DNA of 32,000 nucleotides from Aliivibrio fischeri ES114 (GCF_000011805.1 NC_006840.2); one strand, 5' to 3'. Positions 9,374-20,173 are shown, numbered from the stretch's first letter. Made by a program: numbers and translations. Notes: a model not told the origin generated them from the letters alone.

Positions 9374-10438
9374 GTGGCAAAGAAGAAAAAGCTAACCAAA
9401 GGCCAAGTTCGCCGAGTACGCTCAAATCAAAAAAAGCGTATTGAAAAAATTGAAGACAGTGTGCAATGGGATGAAACCCTACTAGAAGCTGCTAAAGAAG
9501 GCCTAGTCATTACACGCTTTGGTCAACATGCTGATATTGAAGACCCTGATACTAAAGACATCCATCGTTGTAATTTACGCCGAGGTATTGAAAGTTTAGT
9601 TTCGGGTGATCGTGTTATTTGGCGTCCAGGGACTGAAGTCCTTGCTGGTATTTCAGGTGTTGTTGAAGCTGTAAAACCAAGAACATCAATGTTAACCCGT
9701 CCAGACTATTATGATGGTATTAAGCCAGTAGCAGCTAACGTTGATCAAATGGTAATCGTATCTTCAATTCTTCCTGAGTTGTCTCTTAATATTATTGATC
9801 GATACCTTATTGCTTCTGAAACTCTACATATCAAACCATTAATTGTATTAAACAAAGTGGATTTACTGTCTGAAGAAGAGTTCATCAAAGTACAGCAACT
9901 GCTTAGCTTATATGAAGATATTGGTTATAAAGTTCGATATGTAAGTAAAGAATCAGGCTACGGTGTAGAAGAACTTGAAGCTGAATTACGAAATCACATT
10001 AATATTTTCGTTGGTCAATCTGGCGTAGGTAAATCAAGCCTTGTAAATGCACTGATGCCTGAACTTGAGATTGAGGTGGAAGAAGGGGCAGTATCTGAAA
10101 ACTCAGGTCTTGGTCAACATACAACAACTGCAGCACGCCTGTATCACTTCCCACACGGTGGTGATTTAATTGACTCTCCAGGAGTTCGTGAATTTGGTTT
10201 GTGGCACTTAGAAGCTGAACAAGTCACAGACTCTTTTATTGAATTTAAAGACTTTTTAGGTGGCTGTAAGTTTAGAGACTGTAAACACAAAGATGACCCA
10301 GGATGCTTACTTCAAGAAGCCGTTGCAGAAGGTAAAATCAATAAGCTACGATTTGAAAGCTATCATCGTATAATTGAAAGCATGTCTGAGAATAAAGCAA
10401 ATCGCCAATTCTCACGAAACAAAAAAGCCGATTTATAA
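9374..10438 (+). CDS. rsgA: Ribosome small-subunit biogenesis GTPase RsgA
   Basis: 354-aa ORF with a GTG start. It has circularly permuted GTPase motifs (LNKVDL, then [10 protein letters not shown], then DSPG) and a C-terminal zinc-finger-like [14 protein letters not shown]. Confidence 0.95.
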   Translation: MAKKKKLTKGQVRRVRSNQKKRIEKIEDSVQWDETLLEAAKEGLVITRFGQHADIEDPDTKDIHRCNLRRGIESLVSGDRVIWRPGTEVLAGISGVVEAVKPRTSMLTRPDYYDGIKPVAANVDQMVIVSSILPELSLNIIDRYLIASETLHIKPLIVLNKVDLLSEEEFIKVQQLLSLYEDIGYKVRYVSKESGYGVEELEAELRNHINIFVGQSGVGKSSLVNALMPELEIEVEEGAVSENSGLGQHTTTAARLYHFPHGGDLIDSPGVREFGLWHLEAEQVTDSFIEFKDFLGGCKFRDCKHKDDPGCLLQEAVAEGKINKLRFESYHRIIESMSENKANRQFSRNKKADL

Positions 10439-10517
10439 CCACAATAAACCTTGGGTTTAGCGACAATGTAAATATGTGGTAATATCCACAGCAAATGATA
10501 ACTATTAGGCAAACAAC

Positions 10518-11381
10518 GTGTCAGATAATTTAAAGATTGGGTTACAATATCTAACTCCAAAACATGCACTTACTCGTTTAGCTGGCAAATTAGCATCAGC
10601 AAAAATGGGATGGTTAACAACTGCTGTTATTAAGTGGTTTATCAAGCAATACAACGTAAATATGGATGAGGCTAAAAACCCAGATCCTGAAGCGTATTCA
10701 ACATTTAATAACTTCTTCGTTCGTGAATTAGAAGATGGCGCTCGTCCTATTAATGAGGATGATTCTGTTATTTCTCACCCTGCTGATGCTTGCGTTAGTC
10801 AATTTGGTCCAATTATGGACGGTAAATTAGTACAAGCAAAAGGCCACGTATATTCTGCGCAAGAATTACTTGGTGGTGATGAAGCACTTGCTGCTGAATT
10901 TATGGGTGGTGAGTTCGCAACGCTGTATTTATCACCAAGCGATTACCATCGTGTTCATATGCCTTGTGATGCAACGTTACGTAAAATGATTTATGTTCCT
11001 GGTGATTTATTTTCAGTTAATCCATTAACGGCTGAAAACGTACCGAACTTATTTGCACGCAATGAACGTGTTGTTTGTATTTTTGATACCGAGTTTGGTC
11101 CTATGGCTCAAATTCTGGTTGGTGCAACGATCGTTGGTAGTATTGAAACTACATGGGCTGAAACCGTAACACCACCAACAGGTCCTGCGGTTAAAACATG
11201 GCACTACCCTCTTTCTGGTGACGACATGATTTGCTTTAAGAAAGGTGAAGAAATGGGTCGCTTTAAGTTAGGTTCTACTGTAATTAACTTGTTTGCTCCT
11301 AACTCAATTAAATTTGATGACTCAATGGAAAATGGTACTCCTACGCGTATGGGTACACCATTTGCTCATATCGTAAAATAA
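10518..11381 (+). CDS. psd: Phosphatidylserine decarboxylase proenzyme
   Basis: 287-aa ORF with a GTG start. It contains the self-processing LGST motif ([13 protein letters not shown]) and the YHRVHMP motif. It is adjacent to rsgA, as in E. coli. Confidence 0.96.
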   Translation: MSDNLKIGLQYLTPKHALTRLAGKLASAKMGWLTTAVIKWFIKQYNVNMDEAKNPDPEAYSTFNNFFVRELEDGARPINEDDSVISHPADACVSQFGPIMDGKLVQAKGHVYSAQELLGGDEALAAEFMGGEFATLYLSPSDYHRVHMPCDATLRKMIYVPGDLFSVNPLTAENVPNLFARNERVVCIFDTEFGPMAQILVGATIVGSIETTWAETVTPPTGPAVKTWHYPLSGDDMICFKKGEEMGRFKLGSTVINLFAPNSIKFDDSMENGTPTRMGTPFAHIVK

Positions 11382-11403
11382 TCAAATTTTATTAAGAAAT
11401 AAT

Positions 11404-11434
11404 AAATAGCGAACAATATGTTCGCTATTTTTTT
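11404..11434 (+). terminator. Rho-independent terminator after psd
   Basis: Stem AAATAGCGAACA (11404-11415) / TGTTCGCTATTT (11419-11430) followed by a T-run. Confidence 0.8.
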
Positions 11435-11473
11435 ATCTTTAGATAGTCAGAATCAATTAACTCAATGGAATGA

Positions 11474-12364
11474 ATGATGGGATATGAATGGTTAGCGTTG
11501 GCTGCTGCTTGTTTATGGGCGCTATCAAGTATGATTTCTGTAACCCCTGCAAGGCATCTTGGTGCATTCGCTTATAGTCGTTGGCGTATGGGGTGCGTAA
11601 CTATCATGCTCTCTAGTCTTGCTTGGTTTACTGGTGGTTGGCTCTCTATTGAATCTTCTCACTTATATCCAATGATCCTCTCAGGCCTCATTGGTATTTT
11701 TATTGGCGATACGGCTCTATTTGCGTGTTTTAATCGCATGGGACCACGCCAAGCCGGTTTACTCTTTTCTTGTCATGCTCTATTTTCTGCCATTCTTGGT
11801 TACTGGTTATTTAATGAAACCCTACAAGGTTGGGAACTCGTCGGTGCCATCTCTGTTTTTTCTGGTGTTTCTATTGCTATTTTCTTTGGTAAAAAAACAG
11901 ATAATCAAGGAACGTGGGATGAAGTAAGAGGTAATATCTGGATAGCAATCTTCTTAGGGTTGCTTGCTGCTTTTTGCCAAGCACTTGGTGGTGTTATCGC
12001 AAAACCTGTAATGCTTACCAATGCAGACCCAATTGCAGCCTCAGCAATACGAATGGCTTCAGCTTTTGCAGCTCACAGCTTATTAAGATTAATGAACGTT
12101 CCAATATCTCGCCCTATTACGCCAATTAATTTTCGCATTCTTGGAATTGTAGCGTTAAATGGTTTTCTAGCAATGACTGTGGGTATGACACTCATTTTAT
12201 ATGCATTGCAAAAAGGAAACGTAGGGATGGTTGCTCTACTCTCTTCTACAACCCCTATTATGATCTTGCCGTTATTATGGTTATATACAAAAAAAGCACC
12301 GAACCGCTTTGCATGGCTTGGTGCTTTTTTAGCTGTAATGGGTACGGGATTAATCGTCAGTTAA
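11474..12364 (+). CDS. EamA/DMT-superfamily inner-membrane transporter (substrate unknown)
   Basis: 296-aa highly hydrophobic ORF with about 10 predicted TM segments arranged as two similar halves, typical of EamA-domain proteins. No specific orthologue recognised. Confidence 0.8.
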   Translation: MMGYEWLALAAACLWALSSMISVTPARHLGAFAYSRWRMGCVTIMLSSLAWFTGGWLSIESSHLYPMILSGLIGIFIGDTALFACFNRMGPRQAGLLFSCHALFSAILGYWLFNETLQGWELVGAISVFSGVSIAIFFGKKTDNQGTWDEVRGNIWIAIFLGLLAAFCQALGGVIAKPVMLTNADPIAASAIRMASAFAAHSLLRLMNVPISRPITPINFRILGIVALNGFLAMTVGMTLILYALQKGNVGMVALLSSTTPIMILPLLWLYTKKAPNRFAWLGAFLAVMGTGLIVS

Positions 12365-12400
12365 TCTTACCATTAGATTCATAACCTTTAATCTGGGAAG

Positions 12401-13375
12401 TTATGCCCTATCAAAAGGAAATGCTGTAACTTGATCGATGTGCTTCTCACCCATCGCAAGCATGATTAAACGATCAATACCTAAAGCAACGCCAGAACAA
12501 TTAGGCAAACCCGCTTCTAACGCAGCGATCAAATGATAATCAATGGGTTGTTCAGTTAGCCCCATTGATTTACGTTTTGCATTATCTTCTTCAAAACGCA
12601 TGAGCTGCTCTTTTGCATTATCTAACTCATGAAAGCCATTCGCTAACTCAATTCCCTTAAAGTAAACCTCAAATCGTTCAGCTACTCGTGGATCGCTTGG
12701 ATTAATTTTAGCTAACGCCGCTTGAGAAGCAGGAAAATCATAAACAAAAGCAGGCACATCTTGCCCAATTTTTACTTCAACTCCCATACTAAATAAAAGC
12801 TGCAATAAAGTGTCACGATCTTCTTCAATATCTGCAATATCAGATAAACCTAATGGCGCAGCAACCGCTCTTAATTCATCCATACTCGCTTCTAAAGGGC
12901 AAACACCAAGTACTTGAATAAAAGCTTCTTGATAAGTCATACGTTCAGCATTGTCACATTTCAACACTAACGTTAATAACTCATTCATTTCATCCATTAG
13001 GTCATGATGATCAAAACCTAAACGATACCACTCTAACATAGTGAATTCAGGGTTATGGTAACGGCCAGCTTCTTCATTTCGAAACGCTTTATTTATTTGG
13101 TAAATACACCCGCTTCCAGCGGCTAATAAGCGCTTCATATGAAACTCTGGACTAGTCATGAAATAAAGATGAGTGCCATCTGCATATCCCGGTCCAATAA
13201 AGTCTGTTTGGAAAGTATGTAAATGCACATCCGTTACTGTCGCATGACTCATTGCCGGCGTATCCACTTCCATTACTTTTCGCTTAAAAAAGAATGAACG
13301 AATCGCCGCTAAAATATCAGCACGCTGCTGTAATTGCTCAATTGATGCGCTAGGCATCCAGTTTTGACTAGTCAT
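12401..13375 (-). CDS. epmA: Elongation factor P--(R)-beta-lysine ligase EpmA (PoxA/GenX)
   Basis: Strong similarity to E. coli EpmA as recalled ([63 protein letters not shown]). I chose the ATG at 13375 ([15 protein letters not shown]), which aligns with the E. coli N-terminus. The ORF track begins 4 codons earlier, at 13387. Confidence 0.93.
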   Translation of the reverse strand: MTSQNWMPSASIEQLQQRADILAAIRSFFFKRKVMEVDTPAMSHATVTDVHLHTFQTDFIGPGYADGTHLYFMTSPEFHMKRLLAAGSGCIYQINKAFRNEEAGRYHNPEFTMLEWYRLGFDHHDLMDEMNELLTLVLKCDNAERMTYQEAFIQVLGVCPLEASMDELRAVAAPLGLSDIADIEEDRDTLLQLLFSMGVEVKIGQDVPAFVYDFPASQAALAKINPSDPRVAERFEVYFKGIELANGFHELDNAKEQLMRFEEDNAKRKSMGLTEQPIDYHLIAALEAGLPNCSGVALGIDRLIMLAMGEKHIDQVTAFPFDRA

Positions 13376-13619
13376 AATCTTACACATTAGAAAAACTTAT
13401 GCGAAATAATACCTTATCTCACAATTTTACGTTACCTATTTTTTAACTTTACAAATACCCTTAAGCATCAAAGGGATACCGAACCAATAAGAATCATTAT
13501 CACTTATAAAGCAACAACTTAACTACAATTTGCCGCCAAAATTAACAGCTTTAACTAGTTGACGGAGATCACACTATAAGCAACAAACTGCCCCATTAGT
13601 GGTACTTGCTCTACAAAAC

Positions 13620-13660
13620 TTTATCCATATCAATTTTTATTACAAAAGCTCACATAGAAT
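13620..13660 (+). promoter_or_regulatory. Candidate FNR-dependent class II promoter of frdABCD
   Basis: TTTATccatATCAA at 13620-13633 matches TTGAT-N4-ATCAA at 9 of 10 positions; the mismatch is the G of the left half-site. It is followed 21 bp later by a -10-like TAGAAT (13655-13660). A second weaker candidate, TTGACggagATCAC, lies at 13559-13572. E. coli frd is FNR-activated (established). Confidence 0.4.
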
Positions 13661-13782
13661 AGAGAACAGAATTTTTAAGTTATTATTTGCTCTTTTTTGT
13701 CATATGAGCAGGTTGAATTCTCATAATTAGTCACAATTGAGTGATTAGTTTAATTTTTTATCTTTTATCCCGGAGGATAACT

Positions 13783-15588
13783 GTGAAGACTATAACCACA
13801 GATATCGCAGTAATCGGCGCGGGCGGTGCAGGTTTACGTACTGCCATTGCAGCTGCAGAAGCTAACCCAGAGCTGGAGATTGCTCTGATTTCAAAAGTAT
13901 ACCCAATGCGTTCACATACAGTGGCTGCAGAAGGTGGTTCCGCTGCCGTGACCAAGGAAGAAGATACACTAGACAATCACTTCAACGATACTGTTGGTGG
14001 TGGTGATTGGCTGTGTGAACAGGATGTTGTTGAGTACTTTGTAGAAAATGCATACCGTGAAATGACCCAATTAGAACAATGGGGTTGTCCATGGAGCCGT
14101 AAAGAAAATGGTGAAGTTAACGTTCGCCGTTTTGGTGGTATGAAAGTTGAACGTACATGGTTTGCTGCGGATAAAACCGGCTTCCACATGCTTCACACTC
14201 TATTCCAAACATCAATGAAATACCCTCAAATCAACCGTTTTGATGAGTACTTCGTTGTTGACCTTCTTGTGGAAGAAGGCCAAGTTCAAGGTCTAATTGC
14301 TATTCATATGGCAGAAGGCGAACTTATCTGTATTAAAGCAAAATCTGTTGTTCTTGCAACAGGTGGTGCAGGTCGTGTTTACCACTGTAACACCAATGGC
14401 GGTATCGTTACTGGTGATGGTATGGCGATGGCATTCCGTCACGGTGTTCCACTACGTGATATGGAATTCGTACAATACCACCCAACAGGTCTGCCAGGCA
14501 CTGGTATTCTTATGACTGAAGGTTGTCGTGGTGAAGGCGGTATCATCGTAAACAAAAACGGTTACCGTTACCTACAAGATTACGGCATGGGTCCTGAGAC
14601 TCCTGTTGGCGAGCCTAAGAACAAATACATGGAACTGGGTCCTCGTGACAAAGTATCTCAAGCGTTCTGGCATGAACTACAAAAAGGCAACACAATTAAG
14701 CACCCTCTAGGTGATGTTGTGCATCTAGATCTTCGTCACCTTGGTGAAGAATATCTACATGAGCGCCTACCATTTATCTGTGAATTAGCAAAAGCATACG
14801 TAAACGTTGACCCAGCTAAAGAGCCAATCCCAATCCGTCCAACGGTTCACTACACTATGGGTGGTATCGAAACGGATAAGAACAATGAAACAAGCATCAA
14901 AGGTCTATTTGCTGTTGGTGAATGTTCTTCTGTTGGTCTTCACGGTGCAAACCGTCTAGGTTCAAACTCTCTAGCTGAGCTAGTTGTATTCGGTCGCCTT
15001 GCTGGTGAAAAAGCCGCGGAACGCGCTGCTGAATTCACATCTTGGAATGAAGAATCAATCCAAAAACAAATTACTGAAGTTCAAGCTCGCATTGATGCAC
15101 TAATGGCGCAAGAAGGCGACGAAAACTGGGCAACTATCCGTACTGAAATGGGTCACTCTATGGAAGCGGGTTGTGGTATCTATCGTAAAGAGCATGAAAT
15201 GCAAGATACGATTGATAAACTGGCTGAACTAAAAGAACGTTACAAGAAAATCAGCATCAAAGATAAAGGTAAAGTGTTCAACACTGACCTTCTATACGCA
15301 ATCGAAGTTGGTTACGGTCTTGAAGTTGCAGAAGCAATGGCTCACTCAGCGATTCTACGTAAAGAATCTCGTGGTGCACACCAACGTCTAGATGAAGGTT
15401 GTACAGAGCGTGATGATGAGAACTTCCTAAAACACTCATTAGCGTTCTACAACAAAGATGCAGCGCCTACTATCAAGTACAGCGATGTAACGATCACTAA
15501 ATCACAACCAAAAGCTCGCCTATATGGTGAAGCTGCTGAAAAAGCAGCAGCAGAAGAAGCGGCGAAGAACGCAGAGGAGCACGCATAA
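13783..15588 (+). CDS. frdA: Fumarate reductase flavoprotein subunit FrdA
   Basis: Near-collinear match to E. coli FrdA as recalled ([57 protein letters not shown]). I place the start at GTG 13783, preceded by the SD GGAGG at 13772-13776. The 14-codon N-terminal extension in the ORF track (13741) has no homologous counterpart. Confidence 0.96.
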   Translation: MKTITTDIAVIGAGGAGLRTAIAAAEANPELEIALISKVYPMRSHTVAAEGGSAAVTKEEDTLDNHFNDTVGGGDWLCEQDVVEYFVENAYREMTQLEQWGCPWSRKENGEVNVRRFGGMKVERTWFAADKTGFHMLHTLFQTSMKYPQINRFDEYFVVDLLVEEGQVQGLIAIHMAEGELICIKAKSVVLATGGAGRVYHCNTNGGIVTGDGMAMAFRHGVPLRDMEFVQYHPTGLPGTGILMTEGCRGEGGIIVNKNGYRYLQDYGMGPETPVGEPKNKYMELGPRDKVSQAFWHELQKGNTIKHPLGDVVHLDLRHLGEEYLHERLPFICELAKAYVNVDPAKEPIPIRPTVHYTMGGIETDKNNETSIKGLFAVGECSSVGLHGANRLGSNSLAELVVFGRLAGEKAAERAAEFTSWNEESIQKQITEVQARIDALMAQEGDENWATIRTEMGHSMEAGCGIYRKEHEMQDTIDKLAELKERYKKISIKDKGKVFNTDLLYAIEVGYGLEVAEAMAHSAILRKESRGAHQRLDEGCTERDDENFLKHSLAFYNKDAAPTIKYSDVTITKSQPKARLYGEAAEKAAAEEAAKNAEEHA

Positions 15589-16331
15589 TGACGGGTGGCA
15601 ATCGAATCCAAAAAGTAAGCATCCTGCGTTACGACCCAATGAAAGATGAGAAGCCTTATCTTCAAACGTTTGATGTTCCTTGTGATGAAACAACGTCTGT
15701 ATTAGACGCTATTGGTTACATCAAAGATAACCTAGATAAAGACCTATCTTACCGTTGGTCTTGTCGTATGGCGATCTGTGGTTCTTGTGGCATGATGGTA
15801 AACAATGTGCCAAAACTGGCTTGTAAAGCGTTCTTACGTGATTACCCAGATGGTTTAACATTAGAGCCATTAGCAAACTTCCCAATTGAAAAAGATTTAA
15901 TTGTTGATATGACGCCATTCATTGAGCGTTTAGAAGCAATCAAACCTTACATTTTAGGAAATGACCGTACACCAGAACAAGGTCCAAACACTCAGACTCC
16001 TGAGCAAATGGCGAAATACAAACAATTCGCTGGTTGTATCAACTGTGGTTTATGTTACGCAGCATGTCCTCAATTTGGTCTAAACCCTGAGTTCATCGGT
16101 CCTGCAGCACTGACTCTTGCACACCGTTATAACCTTGATAGCCGTGACAACGGCTCAGCTGAGCGTATGAAGCTAATCAATGGTGACAACGGCGCATGGG
16201 GCTGTACATTTGTTGGTTACTGTTCTGAAGTGTGTCCAAAACACGTTGACCCAGCAGCAGCTGTAAACCAAGGTAAGATCGCATCGTCTCAAGACTTTGT
16301 TATCGCAATGCTTAAACCTCAGGAGGCATAA
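15588..16331 (+). CDS. frdB: Fumarate reductase iron-sulfur subunit FrdB
   Basis: 247-aa ORF with cysteine clusters [27 protein letters not shown] and [13 protein letters not shown]. The ATG overlaps the frdA stop (TAATG). Confidence 0.97.
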   Translation: MTGGNRIQKVSILRYDPMKDEKPYLQTFDVPCDETTSVLDAIGYIKDNLDKDLSYRWSCRMAICGSCGMMVNNVPKLACKAFLRDYPDGLTLEPLANFPIEKDLIVDMTPFIERLEAIKPYILGNDRTPEQGPNTQTPEQMAKYKQFAGCINCGLCYAACPQFGLNPEFIGPAALTLAHRYNLDSRDNGSAERMKLINGDNGAWGCTFVGYCSEVCPKHVDPAAAVNQGKIASSQDFVIAMLKPQEA

Positions 16332-16333
16332 GG

Positions 16334-16717
16334 ATGAGCAATCGTAAACCTTACGTTCGCGAAATGACACGTACTTGGTGGAAAGATCACCCTTTCTACC
16401 GCTTCTACATGGTTCGTGAAGCAACGGTTCTACCACTAATTTTCTTTACTATCTGTCTGCTTGTTGGTCTAGGTAGTTTAGTTAAGGGTCCACTAGCTTG
16501 GGCTTCTTGGTTAGATTTCATGGCAAACCCTATTGTGGTTGCTCTGAACATTGTTGCTTTAGCTGGTAGCTTATTCCATGCTCAAACCTTCTTTAGCATG
16601 ATGCCGCAAGTAATGCCGATTCGTCTTGGTGGTAAAACACTAGATAAGAAAGTGGTTGTTCTTGCACAATGGGCAGCAGTTGCTGCTATCACATTACTTG
16701 TACTGGTTATCGTTTAA
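16334..16717 (+). CDS. frdC: Fumarate reductase membrane anchor subunit FrdC
   Basis: 127-aa hydrophobic [31 protein letters not shown] matches the E. coli FrdC N-terminus. Confidence 0.95.
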   Translation: MSNRKPYVREMTRTWWKDHPFYRFYMVREATVLPLIFFTICLLVGLGSLVKGPLAWASWLDFMANPIVVALNIVALAGSLFHAQTFFSMMPQVMPIRLGGKTLDKKVVVLAQWAAVAAITLLVLVIV

Positions 16718-16728
16718 GGAGAATTATT

Positions 16729-17091
16729 GTGGTAAATCGTAATCCAAAGCGTTCTGACGAACCAGTATGGTGGGGCTTATTTGGTGCTGGCGGCACTTGG
16801 TTTGCAATGCTAACACCTGTAACTATCTTAGTTCTTGGTATCTTAGTTCCACTAGGTGTGATCGGTCCTGAATCAATGAACTACCTACGTGTTGCTGGTT
16901 TTGTTACTAGCATCATTGGTGCATTATTTGTTATCGGCTCTATCTCTATGCCAATGTGGCATGCGATGCACCGTTTGCACCATGGTATGCATGACCTAAA
17001 ATTCCACACAGGTACTGCGGGTAAAATCGCATGTTATGCAGCAGCGGCACTAGCAACTGTATTATCTGTTGTGTTTATCTTCATGATCTAA
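16729..17091 (+). CDS. frdD: Fumarate reductase membrane anchor subunit FrdD
   Basis: From GTG 16729, preceded by the SD AAGGAGA, it reads (M)[23 protein letters not shown]. This matches E. coli FrdD ([24 protein letters not shown]). The longer form in the ORF track (16669) overlaps frdC and is unlikely to be real. Confidence 0.93.
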   Translation: MVNRNPKRSDEPVWWGLFGAGGTWFAMLTPVTILVLGILVPLGVIGPESMNYLRVAGFVTSIIGALFVIGSISMPMWHAMHRLHHGMHDLKFHTGTAGKIACYAAAALATVLSVVFIFMI

Positions 17092-17112
17092 TCATCATCT
17101 AGATACGAAAAA

Positions 17113-17139
17113 AAGGTTGGCTTTATGCCAACCTTTTTT
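17113..17139 (+). terminator. Rho-independent terminator of the frd operon
   Basis: Stem AAGGTTGGC (17113-17121) / GCCAACCTT (17127-17135) with a 5-nt loop, followed by TTTTTT. An upstream A-run makes it potentially bidirectional. Confidence 0.85.
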
Positions 17140-17152
17140 GTATCTGCTATGT

Positions 17153-17180
17153 AATAAAAAAGGCCACCGAAGTGACCTTT
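17153..17180 (-). terminator. Rho-independent terminator, minus-strand specific (probable efp terminator)
   Basis: The minus-strand RNA would read AAAGGUCAC-UUCG-GUGGCCUUU followed by UUUAUUAC. One stem position is a G-U wobble on the minus strand but a C-A mismatch on the plus strand. This favours function for the minus-strand (efp) transcript. Confidence 0.65.
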
Positions 17181-17374
17181 TATACCATTCTGGATAAGTA
17201 GTTATTCAGATAATTGCGTAGGAAAAATTGATTAGAGCAAGGCATAAATTACAGTAACTAGTGGATCTAATTACAAAATTTATAACGCAGATATAATCAA
17301 TTTTAACAAGCAAGAATGATCAAATACTTATGTAGATTGGTATTATATAAAGCTATTCTCGATATAAATCGAAA

Positions 17375-17941
17375 TTACTTCACACGACCAACGTATTCGC
17401 CAGTACGTGTATCAACTTTAACTACTTCGCCGATAGCGATGAATAGTGGAACACGAACTACTGCACCAGTAGATAGTGTTGCTGGTTTACCACCAGTACC
17501 TTGAGTATCACCTTTTAGACCTGGGTCAGTTTCAGTTACTTCAAGTTCAACAAAATTTGGTGGTGTCACTGTAATTGGATTATCATTCCAAAGAGTCAGC
17601 GTACAAGTATCGTTTTCTACTAGCCATTTAGCTGTATCACCAACTGCTTTAACATCAGCTGCGATTTGCTCAAAGCTTACGCTATTCATGAAGTGGTAGA
17701 ACTCACCATCGTTGTATAGGTAGTCTAACTCTACATCTACAACGTCAGCTAGTTCAAAGCTTTCACCTGATTTAAATGTTTTTTCTAGTGTTTTACCAGA
17801 AAGCAATCGACGAAGTTTTACACGGTTGAATGCTTGACCTTTACCTGGCTTAACATATTCGTTTTCGATAATTGAGCATGGCTCATTATCTAACATAAAT
17901 TTCAAACCGCCTTTGAATTCATTGGTACTTACTGACGCCAT
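17375..17941 (-). CDS. efp: Translation elongation factor P
   Basis: 188-aa ORF. It contains the ...[17 protein letters not shown]... loop whose lysine is modified by EpmA/EpmB. It is divergent from epmB, as in E. coli. Confidence 0.98.
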   Translation of the reverse strand: MASVSTNEFKGGLKFMLDNEPCSIIENEYVKPGKGQAFNRVKLRRLLSGKTLEKTFKSGESFELADVVDVELDYLYNDGEFYHFMNSVSFEQIAADVKAVGDTAKWLVENDTCTLTLWNDNPITVTPPNFVELEVTETDPGLKGDTQGTGGKPATLSTGAVVRVPLFIAIGEVVKVDTRTGEYVGRVK

Positions 17942-17973
17942 GATTTCCTCTTAACATCGTTGAGTTATAAATA

Positions 17974-18996
17974 ATGTCACACATGATAACCCGAAATGAC
18001 GCTCCTGTTGAGCAAAACTGGCTCAAAGAACTAGCTAATGCGATCTCTAACCCTCATCAACTACTTTCAACACTTGGTATTGATAGCGCTCCGTGGGAAA
18101 AAGGATTGGAAGCGAAAAAGTTATTTGCGTTACGTGTGCCGACAAGTTTTGTCGATAGAATGGAATTTGGCAACCCTTTTGATCCTTTATTACGCCAAGT
18201 ATTGCCTTTAGATCAAGAATTCGAGGTACATGAGGGATATTCGAACGATCCTTTAGAGGAGCAAGACAACCAACAACTGGGTTTATTGCATAAGTATAAA
18301 AACCGAGTTCTATTGATTGTTAAAGGGGGATGCGCTGTTAATTGTCGCTACTGCTTCCGCCGTCACTTTCCATATCAAGACAATAAAGGCAGCAAAACTA
18401 TTTGGCAAGAGTCCATTGATTACATCGCCAACCACCCAGAAATAAATGAAGTTATTTTCTCTGGCGGTGATCCATTAATGGCAAAAGATCACGAACTTCA
18501 ATGGTTAATTGACCATATTGAAGCAATTCCGCATATCAAGCGCCTTCGTATCCACTCTCGCTTGCCGGTGGTAATACCAAACCGTATTACCGATACGTTG
18601 TGTCAGCTATTTACAAAAACACGCTTACAAATCATTCTAGTGACTCATATCAATCATGCTAATGAAATTAACCAAGAACTCATCAGTAGTATGCACAAAC
18701 TGAAGCTTGCTCATGTCACTCTATTAAATCAAAGCGTGTTATTAAAAGGCGTTAATGATAATGCAGATACATTAACTCAATTAAGTGAAGCGTTATTCGA
18801 TGCGGGTATTTTGCCTTATTACCTTCATGTATTAGATAAAGTCCAAGGGGCTGCTCATTTCTTTATTTCTGACGAAAAAGCCAAACAGTTAATGAGTGAA
18901 CTGATAGAAAATGTATCTGGTTACCTTGTTCCTACATTAGCTAGAGAGATTGGTGGTAGAAAAAGCAAAACACCTCTCGACTTATATTTGGAATAA
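17974..18996 (+). CDS. epmB: EF-P beta-lysylation protein EpmB (lysine 2,3-aminomutase family, radical SAM)
   Basis: 340-aa ORF with the radical-SAM motif CAVNCRYCFRR. It shows extensive similarity to E. coli EpmB/YjeK as recalled (FSGGDPLMAKDHEL, IPHIKRLRIHSRLP, LLNQSVLL, YYLHVLDKVQGAAHF). Confidence 0.95.
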   Translation: MSHMITRNDAPVEQNWLKELANAISNPHQLLSTLGIDSAPWEKGLEAKKLFALRVPTSFVDRMEFGNPFDPLLRQVLPLDQEFEVHEGYSNDPLEEQDNQQLGLLHKYKNRVLLIVKGGCAVNCRYCFRRHFPYQDNKGSKTIWQESIDYIANHPEINEVIFSGGDPLMAKDHELQWLIDHIEAIPHIKRLRIHSRLPVVIPNRITDTLCQLFTKTRLQIILVTHINHANEINQELISSMHKLKLAHVTLLNQSVLLKGVNDNADTLTQLSEALFDAGILPYYLHVLDKVQGAAHFFISDEKAKQLMSELIENVSGYLVPTLAREIGGRKSKTPLDLYLE

Positions 18997-19006
18997 TTAC
19001 AGGCAT

Positions 19007-19037
19007 AAAAAAACCGAAGCACTCGCTTCGGTTTTTT
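19007..19037. terminator. Bidirectional rho-independent terminator between convergent epmB and pfkA
   Basis: Stem ACCGAAGC (19013-19020) / GCTTCGGT (19025-19032) with loop ACTC. It is flanked by an A-run upstream and a T-run downstream. Confidence 0.85.
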
Positions 19038-19059
19038 GTGTCTAGAATTCAATTCTAAA

Positions 19060-20022
19060 TTAGAATAACTCTTCAGCTACTTTGTATAGCTCAAGTTTTT
19101 CTGGACGACGCATGTTTTCAATTGCATCGATGATATCGTGGTGAACAAGTTGTTCATTTTGAATACCAACACAACGGCCACCGTGACCATCAATCAGCAA
19201 TTTCACACCATAGTTACCCATACGAGAAGCTAGGATACGGTCGAATGCACCAGGTTGACCACCACGCTGAATGTGACCAAGAACCGTTGCACGAGTTTCA
19301 CGACCCGTTTCAGCTTCGATTTCTTTTGCAAGTTGGTTAACATCTGTCATCAGCTCAGTGATCGCGATGATTGCGTGTTTTTTACCTTTCGCAATACCAT
19401 CTTGGATATTTTGAATCAGAGCTTCTTTGTTTAAACCTGTTTCAGGAGTAATAACGTACTCACAACCACCAGCAATTGCAGACATAAGAGTTAAATCACC
19501 ACAGTGACGACCCATAACTTCTACAATAGAAATACGTTGGTGAGAAGAAGACGTGTCACGTAGACGGTCAATTGCATCAATAACAGTGTTTAATGCTGTT
19601 AGGTAACCAATTGTGTAGTCAGTACCCGCGATATCATTATCGATTGTGCCAGGAAGACCGATACATGGGTAACCCATTTCAGTTAATTTCTTCGCACCCA
19701 TGTAAGAACCGTCACCACCGATAACGATTAGCGCATCAATGTCGTGTTTCTTAAGGTTTTCGATCGCTTTTTCACGAACAGCTACTTCTTTAAACTCAGG
19801 AAAACGTGCTGAACCTAAGAATGTACCGCCGCGGTTGATCATATCAGATACGCTGTGACGCTCTAATTTTTCGATACGATCTTCAACAAGACCTAAGTAG
19901 CCATCATGAATACCAAATACTTCTAGGCCTTCCGTCAATGCTGTACGAACAACACCACGAACTGCCGCATTCATACCCGGCGCATCGCCACCACTTGTTA
20001 AAACACCAATCTTCTTGACCAT
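19060..20022 (-). CDS. pfkA: ATP-dependent 6-phosphofructokinase
   Basis: 320-aa [23 protein letters not shown]..., GGDGSY, PGTIDND and MGRHCGDL are classic PfkA motifs. Confidence 0.98.
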   Translation of the reverse strand: MVKKIGVLTSGGDAPGMNAAVRGVVRTALTEGLEVFGIHDGYLGLVEDRIEKLERHSVSDMINRGGTFLGSARFPEFKEVAVREKAIENLKKHDIDALIVIGGDGSYMGAKKLTEMGYPCIGLPGTIDNDIAGTDYTIGYLTALNTVIDAIDRLRDTSSSHQRISIVEVMGRHCGDLTLMSAIAGGCEYVITPETGLNKEALIQNIQDGIAKGKKHAIIAITELMTDVNQLAKEIEAETGRETRATVLGHIQRGGQPGAFDRILASRMGNYGVKLLIDGHGGRCVGIQNEQLVHHDIIDAIENMRRPEKLELYKVAEELF

Positions 20023-20132
20023 GGTTACCCTCTAAATATGGTTGGGAATTTCAATTTCAATTTTGAACACAGCAAGCAAACTCCCTAATCTGCTCACCAT
20101 TAATAATCTGTAATTTTTTTTCTTATGTAAGA

Positions 20133-20173
20133 GTATTACCAGTTTACTGAAAAAGTTCGTTGATTCACATCAG
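20133..20173 (-). promoter_or_regulatory. Candidate FNR/CRP-family class II promoter upstream of pfkA
   Basis: TTGATtcacATCAG at 20160-20173 matches TTGAT-N4-ATCAA at 9 of 10 positions, with both TTGA/TCA cores intact. It is followed 21 bp later, on the minus strand, by an extended -10 TGgTAATAC (20141-20133). Confidence 0.4.

Noticed and set aside
10476-10490. Inverted TGTGG-taatat-CCACA upstream of psd, which contains a near-DnaA box (ATATCCACA).
   Set aside because: It has one mismatch at box position 1 and stands alone. The same bases read as an extended -10 promoter (TGgTAATAT, 10477-10485) about 35 bp upstream of the psd start, which is the simpler explanation. I did not list it as a feature because no -35 element or start-site evidence is available.
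13741-13782. N-terminal extensions in the ORF track for frdA (GTG 13741), frdD (16669), the rhodanese gene (TTG 27950), gpsA (TTG 26660) and epmA (13387).
   Set aside because: The extensions have no counterpart in the E. coli homologues as recalled, and some overlap upstream genes. Internal starts with better SD sequences and better N-terminal alignment exist, so I used the shorter gene models.
17316-17504. A 62-aa plus-strand ORF that begins in the frd-efp gap and runs into efp antisense.
   Set aside because: Most of it is antisense to the highly conserved efp 3' end. It has no SD and no recognisable domain.
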